From: Chiloscyllium plagiosum
Lineage: Eukaryota
Reading direction: 5' to 3'
Length of the DNA stretch: 63,298 nt
Assembly: GCF_004010195.1 (NCBI RefSeq)
Contig: NC_057720.1
Location: forward strand, 3,271,481-3,334,778
The notes under the pieces were generated by a model. That model saw only the letters and a program-made list of their open reading frames with translations, searched no databases and was not told the DNA's origin. Shown piece by piece: positions 12,490 through 25,031 of the stretch. The position numbers and the translations under genes were made by a program. How positions within the stretch are numbered: the first letter of the stretch is position 1; each line of letters begins with the position of its first letter.

Positions 12490-15400
12490 AGTCACTCTAA
12501 CCCCAATCACACCCAGGGGACTCGAGCCCCAATCACACCCAGTCACTCTAACCCCAATCACACCCAGGGGACGCGATCCCCAATCACACCCAGGGGCCTC
12601 GAACCCCAATCACACCCAGGGGCCTCGAACCCCAATCACACCCAGGGGACTCGAACCCCAATCACACCCAGGGGGTGCGATCCCCAATCACACCCAGGGG
12701 GCGCGATCCCCAATCACACCCAGGGGGCTCGAACCCCAATCAAACCCAGGGGGCTCGAACCCCAATCAAACCCAGGGGGCTCGAACCCCAATCACACCCA
12801 GGGGGCTCGAACCCCAATCACACCCAGGGGACTCTAACCCCAATCACACCCAGGGGACTCTAACCCCAATCACACCCAGGGGGCTCGATCCCCAATCACA
12901 CCCAGGGGCCTCGAACCCCAATCAAACCCAGGGGCCTCGAACCCCAATCACACCCAGGGGACTCGATCCCCAATCACACCCAGGGGGCTCGATCCCCAAT
13001 CACACCCAGGGGCCTTGAGCCCCAATCAAACCCAGGGGCCTCGAGCCCCAATCACACCCAGGGGCCTCGAGCCCCAATCAAACCCAGGGACTCGAACCCC
13101 AATCAAACCCAGGGGACTCGAATTGCAATTAAATCTGGGGACACGAACCCCAAATATAATCAGGGGACTTGAAGCCCAATTAAACACGGGACTCTAAACC
13201 CAATTATAAACAGGGGACTTAAAACCCAATTAAACCCAAGGGACTCTAATCGCAATCAAACCCAGGGGACTCGAACCCCAATCAAACCCAGGGGACTCGA
13301 ACCCCAATCAAACCTTGGGGACGCGAACCCCAATCAAACCCAGGGCACAGGAACCACAATCAAACCCAGGGGACGCGAACCCCAATCAAACCCAGGGCAC
13401 AGGAACCACAATCACACCCAGGGGACAGAAACCTCAATCAAACCCAGGGGTCTCGAACTCCAATCAAACCTTGGGGACGCGAACCCCAATCAAGCCCTGG
13501 GGATTTGAGCCCCAATCACACTCAGGGGTCACAAACCCCAATCAAACCTTGGGGACGCGAACCCCAATCAAACCCTGGGGACTTGAGCCCCAATCACACT
13601 CAGGGGTCACAAACCCCAATCAAACCTTGGGGACGCGAACCCCAATTAAGCCCAGGGGACTTGAACCCCAATCAAACTCAGGGGGCTCGAACCCCAATCA
13701 AACCCAGGGGACGCGAACCCCAATCAAACCCAGGGGACGCGAACCCCAATCAAACCCAGGGGGCGCGATCCCCAATCAAACCCAGGGACTTGAACCCCAA
13801 TCAAACCCAGGGGACTCGAACTCCAATCAAACCCAGGGGGCTCGAACCCCAATCAAACCCAGGGGACTTGAACCCCAATCACACCCAGGGACTCGAACCC
13901 CAATCAAACCCAGGGGACTTGAACCACAATCACACCCAGGGGACGGGAACCCCAATCAAACCCAGGGACTCGAACCCCAATCAGACCCAGGGGACTCGAA
14001 CCCCAATCAGACCCAGGGGACTCGAACCCCAATCAAACCCAGGGTCTCGAACCCCAATCAAACCCAGGGGGCTTGAACCCCAATCAAACCCAGGGGGCTT
14101 GAACCCCAATCAAACCCAGGGACTCGAACCCCAATCACAGCCAGGGGCTCGAACCCCAATTAAACCCGGGGGGCTCGAACCCCAATCAAACCCAGGGGGC
14201 TCAAACCCCAATCAAACCCAGGGGACATGACCGCAGTCATACCCAGGGGACGTGAACCCCAATTTGAGTTTACTGAGTTCTCGACTGAACTAATTATCAT
14301 TAAAGAAGTCTGTAGAATAAAAAGCGATTGAACGAGGGGACTCTTTCTGATACAGAGGAATATCGAGAAGAACCAAGGTTTAAGATCTTACTTTGGGGGC
14401 CTGTTCATCTTGAGACACGTTGTTCTGGGCGATCGCTGACACTGTCTGATTGTAACCATTCGTTTGGACTCCTACCATATTGTCATCCCATTTCCCTATC
14501 CCCATATCGGTCAAAGCAAACACGCAGAGACACAGTATAATTTTACCTCCTCCATCTTTATTTCGGGCCCTGGAGGGTGAGAGAATGATCCCCCATCTGC
14601 ATAGAGACACGAGTTCTCAGTCTGCTCTCAAACAGCAGATTCTTAAGTAATTATATAGTCCCTTACAGACAGCAGCATCCAACCCAGGGGACAGAAACCC
14701 CAATCAAACCCAGGGGACTCTATCCCCAATCACACCCAGGGGACAGAAACCCCAATCAAACCCAGGGGACAGGAACCCCAATCAAACCCAGGGGACAGGA
14801 ACCCCAATCAAACCTTGGGGACGCGAACCCCAATCACACCCAGTCACTCTAACCCCAATCACACCCAGTCACTCTAACCCCAATCAAACCCAGGGGCCTC
14901 GAGCCCCAATCAAACCCAGGGGCCTCGAGGGGCCTCGAGCCCCAATCAAACCCAGGGGCCTCGAGCCCCAATCAAACCCAGGGGCCTCGAGGCCCAATCA
15001 AACCCAGGGGCCTCGAGCCCCAATCAAACCCAGGGGCCTCGAGCCCCAATCAAACCCAGGGGCCAGGAACCCCAATCAAACCCAGGGGACTCTATCCCCA
15101 ATCACACCCAGGGGACAGAAACCCCAATCAAACCCAGGGGCCTCGAATTGCAATTAAATCCGGGGACACGAACCCCAAATATAATCAGGGGACTTGAAGC
15201 CCAATTAAACACGGGATTCTAAACCCAATTATAAACAGGGGACTTCAAACCCAAGGGACTCGAGCCCCAATCAAACCCAGGGGACTCGAGCCCCAATCAA
15301 ACCCAGGGGACTCGAACCCCAATCACACCCAGGGGACAGGAACCCCAATCAAACCTTGGGGACGTGAACCCCAATCAAGCCCAGGGGACAGGAACCCCAA

Positions 15401-16765
15401 TCACACCCAGGGGTCACAAACCACAACCAAACCCAGGGTACTCGAGCCCCAATCACACCCAGGGGACGCGAACCCCAATCACACCCAGGGGACTCGAACC
15501 CCAATCAAACCCAGGGGACACAAACCACAATCAAACCTAGGGGTCTCGAACTCCAATCAAACCTTGGGGACTCTAACCCCAATCAAGCCCTGGGGACTTG
15601 AACCCCAATCACACCCAGGGGTCACAAACCCCAATCAAACCTTGGGGACGCGAACCCCAATCAAACCCAGGGGACAGGAACCCCAATCAAACCTAGGGGT
15701 CTCGAACTCCAATCAAACCTTGGGGACTCTAACCCCAATCAAGCCCTGGGGACTTGAACCCCAATCACACCCAGGGGTCACAAACCACAACCAAACCCAG
15801 GGTACTCGAGCCCCAATCACACCCAGGGGACGCGAACCCCAATCACACCCAGGGGACTCGAACCCCAATCAAACCCAGGGGACACAAACCACAATCAAAC
15901 CTAGGGGTCTCGAACTCCAATCAAACCTTGGGGACTCTAACCCCAATCAAGCCCTGGGGACTTGAACCCCAATCACACCCAGGGGTCACAAACCCCAATC
16001 AAACCTTGGGGACGCGAACCCCAATCAAGCCCTGGGGATTTGAGCCCCAATCACACTCAGGGGTCACAAACCCCAATCAAACCTTGGGGACGCGAACCCC
16101 AATCAAGCCCTGGGGATTTGAGCCCCAATCACACTCAGGGGTCACAAACCCCAATCAAACCTTGGGGACGCGAACCCCAATCAAGCCCTGGGGATTTGAG
16201 CCCCAATCACACTCAGGGGTCACAAACCCCAATCAAACCTTGGGGACGCGAACCCCAATCAAGCCCTGGGGATTTGAGCCCCAATCACACTCAGGGGTCA
16301 CAAACCCCAATCAAACCTTGGGGACGCGAACCCCAATCAAGCCCTGGGGATTTGAGCCCCAATCACACTCAGGGGTCACAAACCCCAATCAAACCTTGGG
16401 GACGCGAACCCCAATCAAGCCCTGGGGATTTGAGCCCCAATCACACTCAGGGGTCACAAACCCCAATCAAACCTTGGGGACGCGAACCCCAATCAAGCCC
16501 TGGGGATTTGAGCCCCAATCACACTCAGGGGTCACAAACCCCAATCAAACCTTGGGGACGCGAACCCCAATCAAGCCCTGGGGATTTGAGCCCCAATCAC
16601 ACTCAGGGGTCACAAACCCCAATCAAACCTTGGGGACGCGAACCCCAATCAAGCCCTGGGGATTTGAGCCCCAATCACACTCAGGGGTCACAAACCCCAA
16701 TCAAACCTTGGGGACGCGAACCCCAATCAAGCCCTGGGGATTTGAGCCCCAATCACACTCAGGGG
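12490..16765. repeat. 26-bp minisatellite, consensus ACCCCAATCA(A/C)ACCCAGGGGACTCGA, interrupted at about 14262-14682
   Basis: Direct inspection. The distal part (about 15980-16765) is a near-perfect 78-bp (3x26) higher-order repeat. Confidence 0.97.
14481..14682 (-). mobile_element. Partial LTR (R/U5 end, 5' LTR-like) followed by PBS-like sequence
   Basis: Roughly 80-85% similar by eye to 9105-9308. On the - strand it ends ...GGGATGACA, then ATA TGGTAGGAG (TGG at 14477-14475). It also contains CTATATAA and AATAAA. Confidence 0.7.
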
Positions 16766-17899
16766 ATGACAATGTCAGGGTTGGTCAAAGTGATATCACA
16801 GCAAACATTAGCCTTTTCTCCTGTGGTATAAATTATTGTGATCCTTTGAAATTTGGCATTCTTGCATTTATCCTGATGAGTGCAAGGTAAACAGCTTCAC
16901 AATCATGTACCTTTTTCTCAGCTTCTGTACTTCCAAGTCATTTGGTCATCTTGAAAGTGTCAAAGTTTATTCACCAATCGAGAAATTGGTAGAAATGGGG
17001 AAGACCATTCGTTCAACTTGCCATTTGACAAAACTGTTTTCCCAGTTAATGCAGTTAGCTTCCTGTCAGGTGAGTTTAGGTTAGACATTCCCTGCCCTGT
17101 TCCAGTAACTAACCTCATGCTCTAAATTTGGTAACAGCTTCAATTACATTTGATTGAATGAATTAACCACTTCTCAAAAATATACATTGTGTTCACGTGT
17201 CAGTTCTTCCCCTCACTGATTTACAAACTGTTCAAGAAATGGATTATTTAAACCCTGAATATTCTAGACAAGAATACTTCCTCAATTGAACGCCCCTCTC
17301 GGGAGTGTAGCTTCAATGTGCTACTTCCGAGTTTAATTCGTATTGAGATTGGTTGGTCTGATTAAAAACTCACCCAGCACTTTTCTCTTCACATTGTTCA
17401 AGAATGTTTGGGTGGATCTCAACAATTTCTTCAATGAATACTTCTCAAATACTTTACCTCATTTATCTTTCAACTTAGAAGCCGTGAATGAACATCAGAT
17501 CTCCCTTCCAAGACTACAAACAGAATTAGTATCTGGGCTAGTTTAACACATCAGCAATGAGCACCCTGCTCAAACCTCCTGTGTGTGATTTGATTAAAGT
17601 TAATTCCTTTAAGTTGTTCAAAGAGTTGTCTCTGATTATTTTCTGTTGTAATATCATGGGATTGAAAATGTGTAAGTGCTGAAGGTCCCCCCCCGTTCCA
17701 ATGTTTGATCAGTGATGGTGACTAAGGGACAGTCTCTTCGGTGAGGACAATTGACACTTGGTAATGGGCAAGTCAGGCTGAATGATCAGTTGTGTATCCT
17801 CCATAATAACCAGCTATCAATAGTGAATATTTATGCAGGAAAATCCCTTTCATAAACCCAAAACACATTCCTGTCAGCGCACATTCCAAATTCTGTTGT

Positions 17900-18898
17900 T
17901 ACACTGTCAGGGGTCAGTGCCAAGCGAGTGCTGCACTCTTGGCCGGGGGGGTCAGTACTGAGGGAATGCTGGACTGTCAGAGGGTCGGTGCTGAGGGAGT
18001 GCCACATTGTCGGAGGCTCGGTGCTGAGGGAATGCTGCACTGTCGGCGGGTCGTGCTGAGGGAGTGCCGCATTGTCGGAGGGTCGGTGCTGAGGGAGTGC
18101 CTCACTGTCGGAGGGTCAGTGCTGAGGGAGTGCTGTACTGTCGGAGGGTCAGTAGATTAGATTAGACAGTGTGGAAACAGGCTCTTCAGCCCAACAAGTC
18201 CACACCGACCCTCCGAAGAGTAACCCACTCAGACCCATTTCCCTCTGACTAATGCACCTAACACTATGGGCAATTTAGCATGACCAATTCACCTAACCTG
18301 CACATCTTTGGATTGTGGGAGGAAATCCAAGCAGACACGGAGAATGTGCAAACTCCACACAAACAGTCACCTGAGGTTGGAATCGAACCTGGGACCCTGG
18401 TACTATGAGGCAGCAGTGCTAACCACTGAGCCACCGTGCCGCTCTATGTTGAGTACTGAGGGAATGCTGCACTGTCGGAGGGTCGGTGCTGAGGGAGTGC
18501 CGCATTTCAGAGTGTTGGTGCTGAGGGAGTGCCGCACTGTCGGAGGGTCAGTGCTGAGGGAGTGCCGCACTGTCGGAGGGTTGGTGCTGAGGGAGTGCCG
18601 CATTTTCAGAGTGTTGGTGTTGAGGGAGTGCCGCACTGTCGGAGGGTCAGTGCTGAGGGAGTGCTGCACTGTCGGAGAGTCGGTGCTGAGGGAGTGCCGC
18701 ACTGTCGGAGGGTCAGTGCTGAGGGAGTGCCGCACTGTCGGAGGGTCAATACTAAGGGAATGCTGCACTGTCGGAGGGTCGGTGCTGAGGGAGTGCCGCA
18801 CTGTCGGAGTGTTGCTGCTGAGGGAGTGCCACATTTTCAGAGTGTTGGTGCTGAGGAAGTCCCACATTGTCAAGGGTCAATGCTGAGGGAGTACTGCA
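17900..18898. repeat. 33-bp minisatellite GTGCTGAGGGAGTGCCGCACTGTCGGAGGGTC(G/A), split by a SINE
   Basis: Direct inspection; 11-aa periodicity VLRECRTVGGS in the ORF track. Confidence 0.95.
18152..18441 (-). mobile_element. HE1-type SINE inserted in the 33-bp minisatellite
   Basis: (TAGAT)n tail, V-domain and reverse A/B boxes. Confidence 0.9.
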
Positions 18899-19096
18899 GT
18901 TAGCTGCTGCCCTTTGACCATAACTGAGTTCCCATCTGTGTTCTCAGTTGCATTGAACATAAACAGGGGAGTAATGTGACTAATAGTCATTCCTCCAATA
19001 ATATCATTGACATGGAATGGTGGGAAAGTTAGATTTTTTTCTGAGTTCACCTGCATTTGTAAAGTATTAGAATCATACAACATGGAAGTAGACCCG

Positions 19097-19336
19097 CCTC
19101 AGGCTGTGTGGAGTTTGCACGTTCTTCCCGTGTCTGCGTGGGTTTCCTCCGGGTGCTCCGGTTTCCTCCCACAGTCCAAAGATGTGCAGGTCAGGTGGAT
19201 TGGCCATGCTAAATTGCCCGTAGTGTTAGGTAAGGGGTAAAGGTAGGGGTATGGGTGGGTTGTGCTTCGGCGGGTCGGTGTGGACTTGTTGGGCCGAAGG
19301 GCCTGTTTCCACACTGTAAGTAATCTAATCTAATCT
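19097..19336 (+). mobile_element. 5'-truncated HE1-type SINE
   Basis: V-domain plus (AATCT)n tail; no A box. Confidence 0.9.
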
Positions 19337-20179
19337 AGACCCTTTGAGAATGGAGGATTTGAGCTTTAGGAAGAGGCAGGTTAGGCTGGGATGTTTTCCC
19401 TGGAGCATCGGAGGCTGAGGGATGACTTTACAGAGTTTTATAAAATCACGAGGTAATGTGAATGGCAGGTGTCTTTTCCCTAGGGTGGGGGATTTCAAGG
19501 TAGGGGTCAGAAAGGCTTAATAAAGACATGAGGGGCAACATCTTTACACAGAGAGCAGTTCACATGTTGGTGATTTCCTTGTGCTTTGGGTAGAGGTGTG
19601 GGTTTGCTGTACCTCTTGAGACTTTATATCCTGGTTACAGTATGTAGCTGCTGCTGTTACCTCGGTCATGGAAGGGAGTTGCCTATGTAAGGAATTTATG
19701 ACAAGGTAATTTTCAGATGTTGGGAGATAATGGTGAACTTTGTGTTGGGGTTTCCTGTCTTCAACGTTGCACTCTCTATCTCACTCAGAGTGCTAATGTG
19801 CTCACTGTGTGAGCGTGGAGTGGGGAACCTGGTTCTACTGGGGCATCATCTGGGGTAGGGCAAATATTCCAGGGGATAGGAGAAGCTGGCAGAGTGGCAC
19901 CAGGTGGTTTGCTCCTCCAGACAGTGAGCAGGGCTGATTGACCTCATTGTAATTCTGTGATCAGATCCAGACTGGTACGAGAGGGAAAGCAAGTCTTTAA
20001 GTAACGATTTGGAATTTGACAACTTTACAAACTGAAACAGTCTCGAAGCTGATTGAAGGACACTCCGTAGTTGTAGTTGTTTACTTGTCTGGGATGTCAT
20101 TAACAGTTATTACATCATGAAAGTGTTTCTTGCCAAGTTAATTAGTCAACTTGATTTTCTGTGATTAGTAGAAGGTGAG

Positions 20180-22000
20180 TAAGCGGGGATCAACAATCGT
20201 CCTCTCTGGATGACTCTCAATGTTTTATACAAACGAACACTGATGTTAAGACTGTTGCTGGGAAGAAGGTGCAGGACAGAGGGAGGGAGTTAAGTGTCCT
20301 GGGACACTGAGACTGACTGTGGATTGGCAGCGGGTGGCATCTGTACTGGGACTGGTATGACACGTTTTCCTCAAGCCATTGAGGAGGGTTTGAACTAAAT
20401 TGGCAGGAATGTGGGAACCAGGAGATAATATCAGGGAAAAATACTGAAAAATGCAATCCCTAACCAAGGGCATTGTGGGTCCACCTACAGCACAATGGAC
20501 AGTAGTGGCTCATCATCACCCTCTCAAAGGGGCAATTAGGGACAGGCAATAAATGCAGGCCAAGCCAGTGATGCTCACATCTAATGAGTGAATAAAAACC
20601 ACTGGCATTGTGAAAAGTACAAATAGCTGGAGGTGCAATAAGAGAAACGAAAACATTCTCGGGCAGCACGCAGTGTACAAATACAGAGAGTGTAGTAACA
20701 GAGATTGATGAGTTACAGATTGCCTTGTGGAAATACTATGTTGTGGCTAAAAATGGAGAGGACTAGGTGTTTAATATTCCTAGTTGCAGGGATTCAGGAA
20801 TGGTAGGAGGCAGTATTGTTTATGGGAGCACAAGGCAGTGCTGGAGAAAGAGAATGTGAGGGTTCAGACAGCATTGATGTGGCCGGAGCTGAGGAACAAG
20901 ATAAGAGCAATGATATTGCTCAGGGTAGCCTATAGACCACTTTCCTGATGAAGGGCTCTGGCCCAAAACCTCGATTTTCCTGCTCCTGGGATGCTGCAAG
21001 AAGATGGGTCTGGGTGGGTTGCTCTTCGGAGGGTTGGTTGGGCTGAAGGGCCTGTTTCCACACTGTGGGAAATCTAGTCTAATCTAATCTGCCTGACCTG
21101 CTGTGCTTTTCCAGCAACACCCTCCCAACACTGATCTCCAGCATCTGCAGTCCTCTCTGTCTCCCTGGGATGATAGTAATGTGAAGGGGGACAGGAGTTC
21201 TTGCAGTGTCCTGCCCAGTGACAAAGGCATTACAAGAGTTGGCTGTGTTGGCAATGAGGTGGGCCAAGTCTCAGTGGGGAAACATTGAGAGGACTGTGAT
21301 CATTTATGATTGGATTTGTTGCTGATGGTGTAATGAATAGTCCAAGCTTTGAACGATGAACTGGGGGTGAGCCAACTTCAGTGAAGCAACAAGGACTGGA
21401 GCCAGGCAGCCGTCCTGAATACAAAAGCAGACAGCACCTTGGGCTTTATAAATAGGGACGTAGAGTACAAGGGGAGGGAGGTGATGTCGAATTTGTACAA
21501 GACCCTCGTTAGACCTATACTGGAGTATTGTGTAGGATTCTGGGCAGCGCACTGCAGGAAAGATGTAAAAGCATCGGAAAGGGAGTGGAATAGTGGCTGT
21601 AGGGATGAGAAACCTGAGTTACAAGGATAGATTGCAGAAGTTGGGGCTGTTTTCCGTGGAAAGGAGAAGGCTCAGAGAAGATTGGATAGAGGTTTTCCTA
21701 ACCACGAGGGGCCCTGGATAGAGTGTATTGGGAGAAACTGTTCCCACTCAAAACGATTGACAACAAGAGGGCATGGATTTTGTAACTTGCAAAAGATGCA
21801 AACGCGAGATGAGAAAACAATGTTTTCACCCAGTGAGAGTCTGGAATACAGTGACTGGAAACGTGGTGGAGGCAAGTCTAGCAGGGGTACTGGGTGGCGG
21901 TTTAAAGGGTATGAGGAAAGTACAGGAGAACGGCACTAAGTCATTGAGAGTTAGTGCAGACCTGATGGGTTGAATGGCCTCCTGTACTGTAAGGATTCTG
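20180..22000 (+). mobile_element. Cluster of old CR1/L2-type LINE fragments with Penelope and SINE insertions
   Basis: LYKTLVRPILEYCVGFW at about 21490-21545; ORF1/EN remnants near 20340-20940; a Penelope end at 20943-21160 split by a SINE tail. Confidence 0.65.
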
Positions 22001-22362
22001 TGAAGAAGGCCATTAGCTCGCCATGTTTGCCCTTTATGAGTGATGGGCACACGACATTGATATCAAGTTTGAAAGGAAAGTTTTTAGATATTGGTGAAGT
22101 CACCCTTCACAGGCTTGGAAATAAATTGGCCTCTGAAAACAAGGCTGAGCTGTGAATGATAAACTGAGAGACTAACAGTGGGAAGTGTTGAAGGAATAAT
22201 TTGATACATAGTGAAAGGACATGGCTGCATTGCAGGGTAATACTTTTGATGATAATACCCAGAGAAGGAGAGGAACAGACAGAGTGTACAAGGATAAAAC
22301 AAAAGCAGCAAATGGGGTCAAAGGTGAGAGAATGATAAAAAGACAAAATTAATGGCTGTTTA

Positions 22363-22612
22363 TCATAGAATCATAGAATCCCTACAGTGTGGAACAGGCC
22401 ATTTGGCCCATTGAGTCCACACTGACCCTCTGAAGAGCATCCCACCCACCCTCACTCTATCCCTGTAACCCTGCATTTCCCATGGCCAATCCACCCTGAC
22501 CTGCACATCTTTGGACTGTGGGAGGAAACTGAAGCACCCGGAGGAAACCCACACAGACAATCGCCTGAGGCTGGAATTGAACCTGCTGCCCTGTCGCTGA
22601 GAGGCAGTAGTG
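22363..22612 (-). mobile_element. HE1-type SINE (internally deleted)
   Basis: (ATCATAGA)n tail and V-domain. Confidence 0.85.
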
Positions 22613-23679
22613 AGCAAAGAATAATACAGTATAGGAACAGGCCCTTCGGCCCTCCAAGGCTGCGCAGGCACATTCTGCCCTTCCACACTAAAACAATCTT
22701 CAGTTCCAGGATCTGTATCCCTCTATTCCCTTCTATTCATGGATCCGTCCAGGTGCTTCTTGAATGCTGCTATTGTGTTTGCTTCCACCATCTCCTCTGA
22801 GAGACGCTTACAGGTCGAAGTTGGAAGGGCAGAAGGAGAGAGAGTCTGCAGTCTGTTTCCACATAGCTCACTGCTGAACTGACTGAAACAAGATTTCAGC
22901 TTTTAGGACTGACCACTCCCTTTTCAATATTCAGGTAACTTTTAAAACATGTAAGCTATGGCCTAACATCTCACCTGTTTACGTAGAAACAAAACGGCCT
23001 CTCAATACCCTTTCCATCTCTGTACCAAACCAGTCATTTCGGAGTTTTACAAACCCTCTGAAAAGAAGCAGAGGATACAGTATCCTTGAGAAAAGGAACA
23101 GCTTTCCAAAAAAAAGGACCAGCTTTGTGACACCTATCCATGCCCCTCATGATTTTATAAACCTCTATAAGGTCATTCCTCAGCCTCTGATGCTCCAGAG
23201 AAAACAGCCCCAGCCTATTCAGCCTCTCCCTATAGCTCAAATCACCCAATCCTCGCAACATCCTGACTTCATTTCAATAGATTCTTGTCCTGTCCAATTA
23301 ATCCTTCACAATTAATCCTTAGTGATCTGGTTTAAAGATATCATTTTTTAATCCTATCACTGAAGAAGGGCATAGATAGGGAGGACAGGAAGAAATGTTT
23401 CCTTTTGATGGAGGGATCAATGACTGGAGCATAGATTTAAGGTAAGGGGAAGAAGGTTTAGAGGATATCTGAGGAATAGGTTTTTCACCCAGAGTGTGGT
23501 GGGAATCTGGGACTCATTGCCTGCAAGGATTGTACAGGCCAAAACCCTCAGAGAACATAGACACATTGTGCCCGAAACGTCGATTTTGCCTGTCCTCGGA
23601 TGCTGCCTGAACTGCTGTGCTCTTCCAGCACCACTAATCCAGAATCTGGTTTCCAGCATCTGCAGTCATTGTTTTTACA

Positions 23680-24038
23680 ACCCACCCAGGCCCATTCCCC
23701 TACATTTACCCCTCCACCTAACACTACGGGCAATTTAGCATGGCCAATTCACCTACCCTGCGCATTTTTTTTGGATTGTGGGAGGAAACCGGAGCACCCG
23801 GAGGAAACCCACGCAGACACAGGGAGAAGGTGCAAACTCCACACAGACAGTTGCCTGAGGCGAGAATTGAACCACAGCCTCTGGCGCTGTGAGGCAATAG
23901 TGTTAACCACTGTGCCACCGTGGGCGGCACGGTGGCACAGTGGTTAGCACTATTGCCTCACAGCGCCAGAGGTTGTGGTTCAATTCTCGCCTCAGGCAAC
24001 TGTCTGTGTGGAGTTTGCACCTTCTCCCTGTGTCTGCG
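23680..24038. mobile_element. HE1-type SINE (-) with an inverted duplication of its 5' part (+)
   Basis: 111-bp arms at 23812-23922 and 23928-24038 with 2 mismatches and a 5-bp spacer. Confidence 0.9.
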
Positions 24039-24039
24039 C

Positions 24040-24456
24040 TAACATCCTGTACAACCACAATATGACCTCTCAACGCCTGTACGCAATACTCTGACCAATA
24101 AAGGAAAGCATACCAAATGTCGTCTTCACCATCATCTCTACCTGCGATTCTACTTTCAAGGAACTATGAACCTGCACTCCAAGGTCTCTTTGTTCAGCAA
24201 CATTCCCTAGGACCTTACGATTAAGTGGATAAGTCCTGCTCTGATTTGCTTTTCCAAAATGCAGCACCTCGCATTTATCTAAATTAAACTCCATCTGTCA
24301 CTCCTCAGCCCATTGGCCCATCTGATCAAGATCCTGTTGTAATTTGAGGTAACCCTCTTTGCTGTCCACTACACCTCCAATTTTGGTGTCATCTGCAAAC
24401 TTACTAACTATACCACCTATGTTCACATCCAAATCATTTGTATAAATGACGAAAAG
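24040..24456 (-). mobile_element. CR1 ORF2 RT fragment
   Basis: SKFADDTK, MEFNLDKCEVLHFGK and QRDLGVQVH motifs. Confidence 0.88.
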
Positions 24457-25031
24457 TACTGATAAAGTTTTGGGAATTCAACAGCTAACGTTCGATTATA
24501 AGGGCCGAACATAATGTTTTAGGGCATTGAGAATTCAACAGTTCAAAAAAACCTCTATTATAGTGGCTTACTATGATGTTGACTGTGTGCCCACCCTCTG
24601 GTAGGCTGAGACCAGAAATCACTGGCTCTGGCAGAACTGTAGGAATTGTCTGGAGCCATAGGTGTGTATTTTGCCCTCAGTTCTCGGGCAAAGCTGTTTG
24701 GTCCTTGGGTAAGACTGTCAGCCTTGAATATAGATCTTATTAACTGCCTCCTGTTCCTATTAACATACTTCCTCACCTATTAATAAGTGTTTGCGAAGAC
24801 AAATAATGAGAATAATACTGGATCTTATTATCTACATCCCTACCTATTAACACAAGATTGTGAATAATACAGTAACAGGCTCATGTAAATAATTCGGTAT
24901 TTGTCAGAGGAAGATAGCATTACTAGTCATTGTAAAATTGAGAAATACCTGTTTTTAACAATATAATAGCAATCAGCCATGTGATATTAAGAACTTTGTA
25001 TTAGTCACACCCGAACAAGATATAAAGCATA

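Noticed and set aside
12370..16890. ORFs of up to 378 aa with PNQTQG/TPIKP repeats
   Set aside because: They are translations of the 26-bp minisatellite, whose unit is not a multiple of 3 and gives similar peptides in all frames.
17369..17515. - strand exon-like segment (ctaattctgtttgtag ... ctgg|gtgagt)
   Set aside because: It has stop codons in all three frames and no recognisable homology; a non-coding exon cannot be supported without RNA data.
12490..18898. CRISPR-like appearance of regularly spaced repeats
   Set aside because: Units are contiguous with no unique spacers, there are no cas genes and the context is vertebrate.
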